From NCBI GenBank assembly GCA_951406725.2, contig OX597818.1:30566001-30630000 (forward strand): 64,000 nucleotides of DNA, in the 5' to 3' direction. The notes below the pieces were generated by a model that had not been told where the DNA came from, ran no database searches, and saw nothing but the letters and a program-made list of their open reading frames with translations. Positions within the stretch are counted from its first letter, which is position 1. Every line of letters starts with the position of its first letter. Below are positions 50,560 through 62,953 of the stretch, piece after piece. Both the position numbers and the translations under genes were made by a program. Source of the DNA: Octopus vulgaris. Taxonomy: Eukaryota.

Positions 50560-51866
50560 ATAGTTGCAAAACGAAATACAGTGTCCCTATCGGCAATTAA
50601 TATGTAATGGTAGTTGGAAAGGCAGAAGAATGCGAAAGGATGACAGATTGATGCTGAGCATATGCATGGTAACTAGTTAGGTCAGAACAGAAGTTTACAT
50701 GCTCATAACTAGTCAGGATGTTGAAGTTGTAAAAGAACAAGACCATCAGGAACTAACTAAAGAAGTCTCTATATGATTGCTCGAATTGCTAAAAATAGCG
50801 ACCAAATTCCCCCCATATTATATCTTACTGAATTAAGAAAAGAAACACACACTGTGTAAGGTTGTTGTAGATATATGCTATCTTTGTAAAAGAAGGCTTA
50901 CTTTAAAAAAAAGAGTCCATTATTGTGTCAATTACAATAGAAAATAGCTATAGAGTTTGCTTTGTACATGACTTGAATAAGACTTTCAAGCAATATCTAT
51001 TGACTACTAACTGAATTTTTCATAGAAATTTTGTTTCATAAGAAGTATATTAGTATCATGTAGTGTGAAAATACTAGTGTTATACCTAAGTTGAAGCAGT
51101 TGACTGTATTCCATCTAATTATGGAATAAGATATTATGTAAAAAAAAAATTACAGTTTTTAATTATATTACTGAGGTACAAGGCTACACATTTATGGATA
51201 GTATGATAACAGATTCTTCAAAAGTATTAGATGAAAAGACTAATTTCTGGGCAGTTATCATATAATATTTTCTGATGGTACTGCATAAATAACAAGAGTC
51301 AGAGAGACTGAAAGATACTTAATTAGATGTCTACAATAACATACTCATCCACATACACTCATACAGGTATATCTGTGTGGTTAAGAAGTTTGCTTCCTAA
51401 CCTCATAACTTTGGGTTCAACTCCCTGCATAGTCTGTTAGGGAGGTATCTTCTGCTGTAGCATCAGGTTGACAAAGACTTGTGAGTGGATTTCATAGACT
51501 GAAAATAAAAGAGGCCTGTCATGCGTACGCGCACACATACACGCACATATGTATATATTTACATATATATATATAATGTATGTATATATGTGTGTGTTTT
51601 TGTCTTTTTGTTGCCTCATGGCATGATAGTTATTAATGAATGTCACTGTCTTATGAGTAGTGTCCTTCATTTTCAGTATTGTGCAAGAACATGTATAACT
51701 ATGGGGAAATATTACCTTGCTTGGAAACATGTAAGGGTTGGTGACACGAAGGGGATCTGGTTATAGAAAATCTACCTCCTTAACCTCTATCTAACTCATG
51801 CAAGCATGGAAAAGTGGACTTCAAAATAATGATTATAATGATATATATATATATGTGTGCATGTAT

Positions 51867-52238
51867 ATCATCATCATCATTTAGTGCCTACTTTCTATGC
51901 TGGCATGGGTTAGACAGTTTAACTGGAGCTGGTAAGCCAAAGAGCTGTACTAGGTGCTAGTCTGATTTTGCTTTGGTTTCTGTGGTTGGATGCCCTTCCT
52001 AACACCAACCACTCCAAGAGTGTAGAGGGTGTCTTCAACATGTCACTGGTGCAGGTGCTTTTATGCGTCACTGAGATGGGTGGTGTTATGTCACTAATAC
52101 AGGTGCTATTACATGTCACTGATACTGGCCCCAACTATGGTTTCACTTGATGAGTCTTCTCAAGTACATCAAAATGCCAAAGGTTTTAATCACTTGTTAT
52201 CACCTGCATGAGACTCAACTTTCAAAGATCTTGCTTTA
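51867..52238 (-). mobile_element. RTE 3'-tail repeat, degenerate
   Basis: (CAT)n...CATGGGTTAGAC...GGATGCCCTTCCTAACACCAACCAC. Confidence 0.75.
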
Positions 52239-52270
<32 letters not shown>

Positions 52271-52275
52271 GTATG

Positions 52276-52310
<35 letters not shown>

Positions 52311-52570
52311 TAACTAATAAAAAGTGAACTACAACAAATGTGCATGGCTGTGTTTTTATTGGTAGAATGATTCTGACAACACTATATTTATAAGGCAAAT
52401 TAAAGATGTAAGAGAATGGGAAAGGATAGATGTTAGGTTTAAAAGTCTTTTAGACCCAAAACTTTCACTTATGTTCTGGTCAGTACAATTACTTAGTTGT
52501 AATTTTAGATATGTTACTCAAGTATGAAGACAATGGGAAAATATATTTCATGGTATGAACTTCCAGTTAA

Positions 52571-53037
52571 CAGTAAGTGCTGCCTGATTGGCACCCATGC
52601 TGGTGGCATGTAAAAAGTACCATTCAAGTGTGGATGATGCCAGTGCTGCCTGAATGGCATCTGTACCAGTGGCACATAAAAAGCATCATTCAAGTGTGGT
52701 CAACACCAGTGCTGCCTGACTGACTCCCATGCCGGTGCCACATAAAAAGCACCATTTGAGTATGGTTGATGCCAGTGCCACTTGACTAGCTCACATACCG
52801 GTGGCATGGAAAAAGCACCATTTGAATGTGGTCGATGCCAGTGCCTCTTGACTGGCTCCCATGCCAGTGACATGTAAAAAGCACCCACTACACTCTCAGA
52901 GTGGTTGCCATTAGGAAGGGTATCTAGCTACAGAAACTTTGCCAGGTCCTCCTGGCTTGCCAGTCCTCAATCAAACCGTCCAACCTACGTTAGCATGGTA
53001 AGTGGACGTTAAACCATGATGATGATGATAATGATGA
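52571..53037 (+). mobile_element. RTE 3'-tail repeat with five 66-nt tandem units
   Basis: Unit anchors at 52596, 52662, 52728, 52794 and 52860 (exact 66-nt period); (GAT)n tail. Confidence 0.9.
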
Positions 53038-54819
53038 GTAAGATGTTCAGAAGCATAATGCTTGGAAATATAAAGTACAGGATTTCTGTAGTCCTATTTG
53101 TGAGTAAAAGTACATAGAGTACCTTAACTCAGATGTAGAACAAGTGTACCGTACATTTTACCTGTTTTACATTACTTACATCTACTTATTATTACAATTA
53201 ACATTGGCTTCAAATTTTGGCACAAGGCCAGCAACTTTGGGGGATAGTGTGAATCGATTACCTTGATCCCAGTGCTTGACTGGTACTTATTTTATTGACC
53301 CAGAAGGATGCAAGACAAAGTCAACTGTAGTAAAATTTGAACCCAGAATGTAAAGACAGATGAAATGCCACTAAGCATTTTGCCTGGCATGCTAACAATT
53401 CTGGTGGTTTACTGCCTTAAATTGCTACTCTTAATATAAATTGCATAATTGTTTTGTAGTGTAAACTTTAGTTTTCTTGAAAATTATCAACTATTCATAA
53501 TTAATACTTTTAAGTCAGTATAGTGAGCCAAACAATTATAATTGAGACTTCTGTTTCAATTAAATAATTGTGAAACGGGAAACTTTAGTCCAGTCCTTAA
53601 AACTGATAATGACAGATAGGATCGATAGCACTAAATTCTCAATTAATTAAAATAATTAATGTAGTAAGGGGGAAGAAAACATCATATTGCATGTTCTGGA
53701 TTGGCTGTGGAGAAAGCAAAAAGAAAAACAAGTAACACTATTTAAGTAAGTAAAAAATGTTGCAACATGATTTTACAGTTAGTAGCAGTGATTTGATATC
53801 TGAAACCATGAAATAATCGGTCAGACATGAGTGAACCACTACAGTTTTACATGATCAGTCTATTAAGCAATCAAAAAGTGTGAAGCTGTTGTGTGATTTT
53901 GTTTTCTTGGATTTTCTTTCTTGTACCCTATAGAAGACTGTTATGCTGTTCAATTAGTTGCAGAATGCTGCTGGAAAATGAGCGATTCGTTTCCCTTCTT
54001 GCAAAGCAGAGTATAACTCTGGACATGTTAAGGTCTTATTAGTCCTTCTCAGCAAACTATAACCATTTTTGCACTTGGTGACAAGAAAATCAGTATATAA
54101 ATGTACAATAATGTACATGAATTGGCATGGCATTGTATCACGACATCATAATTAAAAAAAAAAACTCAGAAAACGCAAAAAATAAAAAAAAAGATCTAAA
54201 AGCATTTAAGTTAGTGAGAAAGTACTTCAGATATATTTAAATATTAGGTTTGGGGCTAATGTTTTCTTTCGTTCACTATATGCGCAGTTCTAATTTTGTC
54301 GACATAATTTAGATGTGATAGCAAGGGAAGGAAACAAAGATCGTGTTCTTAAACCAAATAATTCTTTTTATGACAATGATAGATGTTGAAATTTTTTGAA
54401 CCTATCCTTGAAGAACCGATATTCCTCATTATACGAAAAAAGGGAATGACGTTATATTTATGAAATTTTAACGGTGATTATTCAAGTAAGTAAAGCAAAC
54501 TGGTTTCAACACGAAATTTCTCTCTTCCAGTTGCTATTGTTAAACATAATATTGTTAAGCATAACAGTATCCAAGAGACAGGGGTAGATAACTGATCGGT
54601 ACAGAAATTCTAAAATGCAGGGGCAATAACCAATTGAAACAATACCTACGAAGTAATGAGTCTTATCGCCGAGCAGTCAACTGAATGTAGGTCAGTTTAC
54701 AATTTTATTAATTCATAAAAGTTATGTATTTCAAAAAACACATAATAAATTTAAAAAAAATATATTACTTAAATACAAACTGAAATTAATGTGATAAATA
54801 TTTCTAGTCAAATGATAGC

Positions 54820-54936
54820 CCATAGCATCTTCAGTTCGGAGCTAGCTTCCGGTTTCAGTGCTGCCCCATGCTATTTCGGTTAGAACTGTTATTGGCGGTG
54901 GATCTGTATTGATTCTGTGGAACGTGATCGGAAAAG
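54820..54936 (+). promoter_or_regulatory. Probable API5 promoter / 5' UTR
   Basis: CpG-enriched patch with ETS-like CTTCCGG (about 54846-54852) directly upstream of the ATG. Confidence 0.45.
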
Positions 54937-55002
54937 ATGGTCACTGTTGAACAGCTATATAAAGATTTCGGTGTGCTACAGGATGCATCAAATAAATCTG
55001 AG
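54937..55002 (+). CDS. API5: Apoptosis inhibitor 5, first coding exon (rest not found in window)
   Basis: aagATGG Kozak context; MVTVEQLYKDFGVLQDASNKSE resembles the API5 N-terminus (human MPTVEELYRNYGILADA...); ends GAG|gtatgt in phase 0. Confidence 0.8.
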
Positions 55003-56069
55003 GTATGTATTTCTTGAAAAAAATTTTATCCGGCCATTCACTGAATTACAACTTTTGACACGAGGTATTGTGACCAAAGTAAACCAACCAAAATACAAAG
55101 TGCCGAAGAGTTTCGAAGCATGTTTGTTATCTGTATCAATTAATTGCTGACTTTTTTTATGAATCATATTCTAATCATTGTTAGGATAGAGAAAACAGTG
55201 GTGTAGCTATTAGCGACCCAAACATGCGTAATTGTTTATCTAGAAACACGGCAGTTTCTATTGTATATCAAACTCGTAGTCTTGTCCCTTTAGTTGTGAC
55301 AATGTCTCGTAAAGAAGTTAATTCAGATCTGTTGGAAGATTGTTTAAATATTTTTCTTTTTCTTTTTTTTAAAAAATATATTTTAGAGTTAACACGACTT
55401 TTAAATTCAGTCAGGATTTTATATACAGTCGTGTATTGTTGATCATTAAGTCCGTGATCATTGATGATGATGAGTAATGGACGAGAGTGTGGAACATTGA
55501 CTTTGGCCTTATCTAGTTACGAGTGGGCAACTTCATCGAATGGGGACTGCAGTATACATTTGTCAAACTAACCTTTTAGGAAAAGCTCACCTTATGTTTA
55601 AGTAGTATATGAAAATCAGATCTAAGAAAAGCTGAATTTGGGATGCATTTAGATGCTGTTAATTTTGTTTTGTTTAACATAAATTTGAGTTCTTAACTAA
55701 AAATGTGCGTAGTTTTTATTTCTGTTATCATCAGACTAACAACTAAATGTAAATATAATATTATTTTGGTTTAGAAAATCAAGCTTTCATTAATGTAGGA
55801 TGTTATTATCAATGACATAAGGGACATAACTCTATTTTTGTTGACAAATTTTAGAGATATGTCATTTGAAACTGCTGTGCTCTGCTTGAAGTATGAAAAT
55901 ATTTTGTAGTCATACAGTTTCTTGGTTTTTAGTTTGCAGTATCACCATAGCTTTTATTTTTCTACTTTGAAGTAGTTTGGACAGATATAAATAACAGTAT
56001 ATTTTAATGCAGTCTTAAACGCCGTTCCATCTCCAAGGGAAGTTTAATTTCCTTAGAATTCATCTAAAT

Positions 56070-57530
56070 ATGCCGTTTTCGATGTTTTTAGTCTATCTGC
56101 ATCTACCACTTCTTAGTCACACTTATGTGTTCGTGTGGCTCACCTTGGAAATTTTGGATACCTGTGCGGAACCGAATATACTTGTCCAAAGAACCGGACT
56201 TGCTATTATGAATTGTTTTGTGTATCTTTTGCAATTCTGTCTTCAGGGATGGATCAACTTGAGGACTGAAAAGGATTCTGTTGCGTTTGGGACATGTAAA
56301 AACGATTATGGTCAGATAGAGGGTTCGAAACTGTCTGTCTAATTCTGCATCATCACATCCCAGCTATACTCATCTAAGACATGGACGATGACACATTTAA
56401 ATATTTGAGAAATTTAATCAGATGTGTCTAAGATATATATTCACCATCATCTAGATATCTTTTACACCTGTTAAAAGTACTGGGAAAGCTAGATAATGTC
56501 CATATGTAAACTTGCCTCATCAAATACTATTGGTATCAGTCATGTCATCAATTTTGATGATGTCATGCTTCCAAAGTGATTACTCTAATTGCTTCTCAGA
56601 AAATATCCCCAACACAAACCAAAAATGATTATAGCATTACCAAAAATGGTCTTAAGTTCTTGAACATCAGCATTGTTCATTGGGAATATCTTGCATTGAA
56701 CAAAAATGAATGGCTGTCTGTAATAATGAACACTAGCATGCAGTGAGAAAATTCAATTTGACCATGTGATGAAAGATGATCTTCAGATGTGGAGTCTCAC
56801 GGAGGCGATATGATTGAAACTTTTGTTGATTTGTTGAGAAAACATGTCATCATCTTCCTCATCATCATCAGTTAACGTCCGTTTTCCATGCTGGTATGGG
56901 TTGGGCTGTTTGACTGATGTCTGGAGAGCCAGTGGCTGCACCAGGCTCCAATCTGATCTTGCAATGTTTCTACAGCTGAATGCCCTTCCTAACACCATCC
57001 ACTCTGAGAGTGTGGTGGGTGCTTTATACATGCTGCCAGCACAGGAGCCAGTCAGGTGGGCCTGGCATTGATCACATTCGGATAGTGCTTTTTATGTACC
57101 ACCGGCATGGGGGGGGGGCAGTCAGTGGGTACTGGCATTGGTCATGTTCCATGTTCAGATGGTGCTTTTTACATGCCACCAGCACGGGTGCCAGTCAGGG
57201 GTTACTGGCATTGGCCATGTTCGGATGGTGCTTTTTGAAATTGTAGTTGTGGTCAGTACCAGTGACACATAAAAGGCACCTGGTACATTTTGTGGGGTGG
57301 TTGGCATTAGTAAGGGCATCCAGCTGTAGAAACCAATCCAAAACCAACTAGAGCCTGATGCAGTTCTCAGGCTTACCAATTCCACTCAAACTGTCTAACC
57401 CATGCCAGTGTGGAAAATGGACACATAATGATGATGATGATGAATGCTTGAACACTCTGCATGGTTAGAGGATTCAGAGATAATCTTACCTGCACAGTCT
57501 GTGGTCATATTACATCATGTAAATCATCCA
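56070..57530 (+). mobile_element. Degraded RTE (BovB-like) 3' fragment interrupted by two RTE tails
   Basis: 56655-56715 matches 13700-13765; resumes at about 57485 (CCTGCACAGTCTGTGGTCAT, matching 13871). Confidence 0.6.
56858..57442. repeat. Inverted pair of RTE 3' tails (56858-57236 minus, 57255-57442 plus); more copies at 57858-58020 (+) and 58517-58778 (-)
   Basis: (CAT)n at the left end, (GAT)n at the right end, homologous arms. Confidence 0.85.
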
Positions 57531-59401
57531 TGTAAGTTCACATATTGGGAGACCAGCTTGAGATGCTTATTTGCTTACAACTCTAGTGGAACACTGGTGT
57601 CCTTTTTGTCCAAAGTATGCTCATCTATTGGACTGAAAATCCATTTTGATTGAATCCAAAAATGTGGAATTGTTGTTGGTGTGAATCTTGACCAAATTAT
57701 GTGTTAACATATGTTACAAAAAAAAATTTAAAACATAATCAGGACTAAGTAATCATCAGTGGCCTATAGTAAAAATGCTATCAAACCTGTTGCAGGTATA
57801 TGTCTTCATTAAGAAAGTTGTTATGCTTAAAATCTCCCTTGTTTTACCCTTCTTGTCTGCACCCACTACACTCTCGGAATGGTTGGCGTTAGGAAGGGCA
57901 TCCAGCTGTAGAAACTGCCAGATCAGATTGGAGCTTGGCGCAGCCATCTGGTTCACCAGTCCTCAGTCAAATCGTCCAACCCGTGCTAGCATGGAAAGCG
58001 GACGTTAAATGATGATGATGTACATGCATGCATGAGTTTATGGTTAAGCAGACTCTTCCCAACAATGTGGTTTTAAGTTCAATCCTATTGTGTAGCACCT
58101 TGGGCAAGTGTCTTCTGCTATAGCTTCAGGTTGACCAATGTCTAGAGTGAGTGAAATTGACAGGTAGAAACTATATGGAAACTCATTGCGTGTGATTATA
58201 TTTGTGAATGTTGATGTTTCAAGGTTTCACTTGTCACTGCTTGATCAAAATAGTGATATAATGTTTACATTCTCTGTTGACATTATGACTAGACATTCTG
58301 AGCTTTTGAAGACCAGTGAAATAAAAAAAAAAAAATCTTTGCTGACAAACAAGTAAGAGTTGGTGATAGAAATAGCATCTTGTAAAATTCAGCCTCAAGT
58401 AAGTCACCATTCAGCCCTTGCTAGCATGGGGAAAGCAGACAAAAATAACTGTAGAAACCAAGCTTAAAATGAAAGTTATGTGTGCGATATGATCCACTTA
58501 GCTAAGAGAGCATTAATCATCATCATCATCGTTTAGCGTCTGCTTTCCATGCTAGCATGGGTTGGACGGTTCAACTGGGGTCTGGGAAGCCTGAAGGCTG
58601 CACCAGGCCCAGTCTGATCTGGCAATGTTTCTACAGCTGGATGCCTTTCCTAACGCCAACCACTCCGTGAGTGTAGTGGGTGCTTTTTACGCGCCACCGG
58701 CACAGGTGCCAGATGAGGCTGGCAAACGGCCACAATCAGATGGTGCTTTTTATGTGCCACCAGCACGGAGGCCAGACATGTATGTTATACATTTAATTAC
58801 CATTTTTGAAGATCATGTTAATTAAATTTGACAGAAATTCATTCACTTACATTTCTGTCTTCTATCACCCTGTTACTCCATATTACTCCTGCTGTTTTTC
58901 TATTCATTCTCCTTTCCAACAACATGTTGCTTCTTATCAATGTCTCTTTTCCGTCACACCTGCATTTCTTAGTCTCTCTCTCCTATCATTTTTTTTTTAC
59001 TTACATACTATACTTTCTTTCACCTTCTCACCCCCTCTGTTATCGCTGTCTTCTATTCACCCTTTTGGTCACTATGTTTACTTCAAATGAATAGTGACAA
59101 TGTAGAGCAGAGAGCCTCTTTATTTTTTTTAGGGGACAAGACTTCTATGCTGGTGCCATGATAAATGTACGCAGTATACTCTGTAAAATGATTAGTGAAC
59201 ACTCAAAGACAATGTAGAGTTGCCTTATCAAGGACATGATGATTTCTCTATTGCAGATCTATGATAAAAAACAGCCAATGTGCCCGTAAAGTAGTTAGCC
59301 TTAGGAACGGTATCCAACAATAGAAAACCATGCCAAAAAGTGGAACTTATGAGTGAGATGTGGTTCTCCAACTTATCTAGATATAGGAAGGTAGTAAGCT
59401 A

Positions 59402-62400
59402 TCTTCTTCTATATCTATAAAACTCAAAATGCATGCCTATGTGTATGCTTTTTATACATTTCCACATTTTTCATCCGATTTTGATGAAATTTTTTTTATT
59501 AAGTGACAAATTTACCCAATCAGGTCACTGTTGCATTACTGATACCAAGAGATACCCACTTCTGGGGAGAAAATCGATAAAACTGAAGCCCCCCCCACTT
59601 TAAAAAAAAAAAAGGCAAAAGTTGCACGCAAGAAAAGTTTTTACAGGAATGTCCAATTTTTATAATTTTAGTGTCAAAAAGACCGTCATGTTGCGACATT
59701 TCAGACAAATATTTTGGCACAGCCTTGGGGCTTCTGATTCCCAAGAAAATTATGAAAAACTTTGAAAAAAATCGATTTTTCGCATTTTTGCAAAGTTACA
59801 CAGTAGAAAACTTTTTACTGGAAAGTCTGATTTCCTTGGGTTTTATGGCTAAAAAACCACCATGTAACAGCGGTTCTATCAAGTATCTGTTCTATGTCCA
59901 AAGGCATCCCTGTGTGACAAAAAATCACGAAAAACTGAAAAAATTGATTTTTTTCAAGTTTTGCATCTTGAAAATGGCCAAACAGTCTACTTCTCCAGCT
60001 CTAATGTTGTTCAGCTTGTACAAGAACCCAAGGCCACCATGCTCATTTCCTTCTTCAAACTAAGCACCAGTGACCCCTTCGCCAAAACCCTCCTGTGTCC
60101 CCAGGTTCCATCATATTATATTTGGAAAATGAAAACACGCATTTGGGAATCAAGGAAACAAGGATAACCCATCGAGGGACAACCAAACTTAAAATCTTTT
60201 CCCACCCTTGGAAGAGTTTATACAGTTCGCCCTTACCAACAGGAATGATTTTACCTTCGTCTACTGCTGCACGAGGTCATGGGACTGACATTTTTTGACA
60301 ACCTGAAAAGCTTTGATGGTGAAGTTTTTGCAACATAATGTGAAGCCTGCCTTAAACGTAGCCTGCTAGATGGTGGTGCTCAGTGGGATGCAACAATGGT
60401 GGAAGCAGCTACAATATGTTCGGTGAGGAGTCTTCGAAAGCTCTCTGCAGTGCTACTGCAAACATGTGAACTCAGTGATCCTGTAACCTTATGGGAGAAA
60501 TACAAGGAAGACCTTTCAGAGGACTACCACCAAAAAGGACAACTTCTGTTGCCTCACTTGAACATCGGTTTCAACGATGACTTCTTCAACAGAGCACTCA
60601 TCAACATTGAGGATAACCTACTTACTGCTGGCAGTAACAACCTTTTATTTCATGGTCTACCAAAAGTCAGTAGAACAGGCTCGCACACACTACCAACAGG
60701 CATTATTCAGGAAACAGCCTATGATGTCAGTGTCCTTCAACAATACATTGACGAAAATGAGCCAAAGTTGCTTCAGGACCAGCAGCACACATACAGCGCT
60801 GTCTACACTTCAATTCGTGAATGCAAAGGAGGTATTTTCTTTTTAGATGCCCCAGGAGGAACTGGTAAAACATTCGTGACTAAACTCCTCCTTGCAAAAG
60901 TACGCCAGCAAAAGGGGGTCACTTTAGCTGTAGCTTCTTCCGGAATTGCTATGACTCTACTGCCCAGGAGTAGGATGGCTCATTTGACCTTCAATGCTTC
61001 TGTGTCTGACTCAGCTACCTGCAATATTACAAAAGACTCAGACAAAGCAGAAGTGCTGCGAAGGTGCCAGCTCATTATTTGAGATGAATGCATTATGACA
61101 CATAAAGGATCTCTTGAAGCACTGGACAGGACCCTTAAAGGCATCAGGGGCTGTATTAACCCCATGGGAGGTGTTTCCCTCCTGCTGCCTGATGATTTCA
61201 GATAAACCCTACCCATAATTCCAAAAGGCACCAGAGCCGATACTGTAATGGCTTGCATTAAGTTATCTTCCCTGTGGCAGGACGTGACAATTTTGATTCT
61301 TACAACAAACATGAGGGCCCAGCTTTTCGGCGACAACTTATAGGGTGACTTCTCCAAGCAACTTCTCAGTGTTGGTGGTGGTACAGCTTCCTCCAATGCA
61401 GCTGGAGAGATGACTGTCTCACACATAGGCACACCTATGGACCTTACAGCAGCTGTTTCTCCTGATCTGCACATAAACTACCAAAACCTGAATTGGCTGT
61501 GCGAAAGAGCCATATTAGCTCCCAAAAACACATTTGTTGTGAAACCAAATGAAAACCTACTGTGAAGCCTTCTTGGAAACTTTTACACCTACAAATCTGT
61601 GGACCAAGAAGAGGCTTTTAATTTTCCCACAGAATTCCTCAATTCCTTGGACCCCTCCTGACTACCACCTCATCAACTGCGCCTCAAAATTGGAGCTTCG
61701 GTCGCAATGGAATGCAGTTTGTGGTAAAAAAATGTGCTGCCTCTTGTTATTGAAGCAACAATTCGTATGGGTTGTGGTATCAGAAACATCTTTATACCCA
61801 GGATACCTCTTACTCCATCAGATAAGCAATGCCTCTGTCCCTTGTGTTGATTTAAGTTCCCTCTTCAACTTTTCTTTTGCCATGTCCATCAACAAGTCCC
61901 AAGTCAAACACTAACAATGACAGGCCTCCATTTAGGCCAACCATGCTTCTCGCTCAGCCAGTTATATGTCAGATGCAAAAAAAACCTTTTCATGTTTCCC
62001 CTGAAAGCCAAAATGAAAAATGTTGTCTAATGTGAGGTGCTGTAGGCCATCCAACATACTGCAGCTTCCCTGCCAAACAGGTTTATAGTGAGCGAGTACT
62101 ATTGTTGCCATTCTTTCGAAATTACCTGTTTTCCTTAAGTCTTTTTTTATATTCTGTCTGTTACAGTTTCTCAATCTCCTTGTAGATGGCTTGAGTTTTG
62201 GCCTCACTGCACCCACTGCTTTACATATGAACGAAAAAGGACGTTTATACCTGTGAACGGTTAACAATCCTTTTCAGGGCTATTGTGAGAACGATAGCAT
62301 GGCCCTTTTTAGGGCTACTTCACATTCACTTGTTGCACCTCCTGAGATGCTCTTGTGGCTTCTCCAGGGCTTTTCACCCTGTTGTTACTACTTTATTTAT

Positions 62401-62953
62401 GGTCTATGAGAAAAATCACTTCTTCCTCAATGCCAATGTTTGCAACTTAATGCAAAAAATATTCAAAGAGATCATCATCATCGTCATTTAATGTCCGCCT
62501 TCCATGCTAGCATGGGTTGGACGGTTCGACTGAGGTCTGGGAAGCCAGGAGGCTGCACCAGGCCCAGTCTGATTTGGCAGTGTTTCTACTGCTGGATGCC
62601 CTTCCTAACGCCAACCACTCCATGAGTGTAGTGGGTGATTTTTATGTGCCAGGCGAGGCTGGCAACGGCCATGATCGGTTGGTGCTTTTTACATGCCACC
62701 AGCACGGAGGCCAGTCGAGGCAGCACTGGCAATGGACACGTTCGGATGGTTCTTTTACATGCCACCGGCACTGGTATGACAACTACAATTTCCATTGATT
62801 TTTGATCGATTTCGATTTCACTTGCCTCAACAGGTCTTCGCAAGCAGAGTTTTGTGTCCCAAGAAGGAAATGTCAAAAAAAAAAAAATGGTGAAACCTAT
62901 TAAAACCATTGCCAAGTATTTAATACCTAAGCAATGCTGGGTACTCCTGCTAG
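59402..62953 (+). mobile_element. Helitron, internally deleted and degenerate, with both termini
   Basis: 5' A|TC...TCTATATCTATAAAAC; 3' imperfect hairpin TACCTAAGCAATGCTGGGTA then CTAG|T at 62950-62954; RepHel remnants inside; RTE tail nested at 62471-62870. Confidence 0.8.
59961..61990 (+). pseudogene. Helitron RepHel remnant (PIF1-like SF1 helicase)
   Basis: HLENGQTVYF, FLDAPGGTGKTF (Walker A), AVASSGIA, II*DEC (Walker B with stop), LTTNMR, FAMSINKSQ; many stops and frameshifts; Rep HUH/Y2 motifs not seen. Confidence 0.9.
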
